A program made the translations under genes and the position numbers. Shown here piece after piece: positions 63,399 through 64,000 of a stretch of DNA of 64,000 nucleotides. The number at the start of each line of letters is the position of its first letter. The first letter of the stretch is position 1. Where the stretch lies: NCBI GenBank assembly GCA_051294375.1, contig CM119267.1, positions 19,605,546 through 19,669,545 on the forward strand. The letters run 5' to 3'. The notes beneath the pieces are model-generated. The model did no database searches. It saw only the letters and a list, made by a program, of their open reading frames with translations, and was not told the origin of the DNA. This DNA comes from Paraspadella gotoi (lineage: Eukaryota > Animalia > Chaetognatha).

Positions 63399-63679
63399 TT
63401 GAACGGTTCTGTCACTAACATATAACAATTATCACTGTCTCTTCAAAATTTAAATTTATTATAAATTTTAAAATTTATATTACTGAACAAAAAAAATGTT
63501 TATTGCACAAACTGAGACTCGACGCTAGAGGGATAACAAAATTAAATGGATTAACAAAGCACCGACCGGTAGTACCTTAGGTTGTTGCGGACGTCGAATA
63601 GTAAAAGTAAAAAAAATTATAATATGAACACTTGATAATAATCATCACGTTTTCCTTTAAATTATATTAAAAATCAAAA

Positions 63680-63873
63680 GGTTAATTTTTACTTTCGCCG
63701 ACCGCGGTTTTGGCGGATTTTAAAAAACCTCTTGAAAATATTTATATTTTTTTTTTAAATTTAAAAAATATTACTTAATTACCCTAACCCTAAACCTTAA
63801 CCCTAAACCACCCCTAAACCACTTTTAACCCTAACCCTTCCCAAACCCCGGTCGGCGAAAGTAAAAGTAACCC
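63680..63873. mobile_element. Second copy of the TAACCC-containing MITE (see 27709-27858)
   Basis: Same TTTTACTTTCGCCGACC / GGTCGGCGAAAGTAAAAGTAACCC termini with more CCCTAA-like units. Confidence 0.8.
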
Positions 63874-64000
63874 AATAAAAATTTTAGCATACTATTAGGA
63901 AATTTAAAAAAATTTTCAGGTAAAGAAACGTCAAGTAGTTTTCTAACTAATAAAAGTTACAAAAATAATATACAATGAAAGAATTACAAGCTTAATCAAG

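Larger units (their letters stand above)
62176..63445 (+). mobile_element. Complete TRIM (non-autonomous LTR retrotransposon) with tRNA-like module in each LTR
   Basis: 5' LTR 62176-62420; PBS TGGTGAGCCCGAC 62422-62434; 185-bp non-coding interior; PPT GGGAGGGGGGA 62595-62605; 3' LTR 62606-63445 (TGT...TTCA) interrupted by a MITE; 4-bp TSD AAAT (62172-62175, 63446-63449). Confidence 0.9.

Overview
Eukaryotic window, most likely an invertebrate animal (spliceosomal GT-AG introns, many only 60-90 bp; AT-rich spacers; abundant (AG)n microsatellites). Bases 1-12.2 kb look like error-rich long-read gap fill. They hold a 70-bp satellite array, a 9-bp (TAAGTATCC)n array and degraded copies of neighbouring sequence, and end at an N-gap. 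The rest is gene-dense: a class B2 (adhesion/secretin-like) 7TM GPCR (+), arfaptin (+) with an orphan 4-exon gene in intron 3, a small orphan membrane protein (-), a Cys/Tyr/Gly-rich protein ending in seven GA(R/K)KSMAP repeats (-), and a 22-kb SH3RF/POSH RING-4xSH3 E3 ligase gene (-). The first SH3RF intron hosts an N-terminally extended heme oxygenase (-) and a PPP1R3-type glycogen-targeting subunit (+). The most notable mobile DNA is a complete miniature LTR retrotransposon (TRIM, 62176-63445). It has tRNA-like modules inside both LTRs, a tRNA-Trp-type primer-binding site, a polypurine tract and a 4-bp TSD, and a hAT MITE has inserted in its 3' LTR. Also present are three minimal hammerhead-ribozyme motifs of the Penelope type and several MITEs. 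All gene models were spliced by eye and no database search was run.
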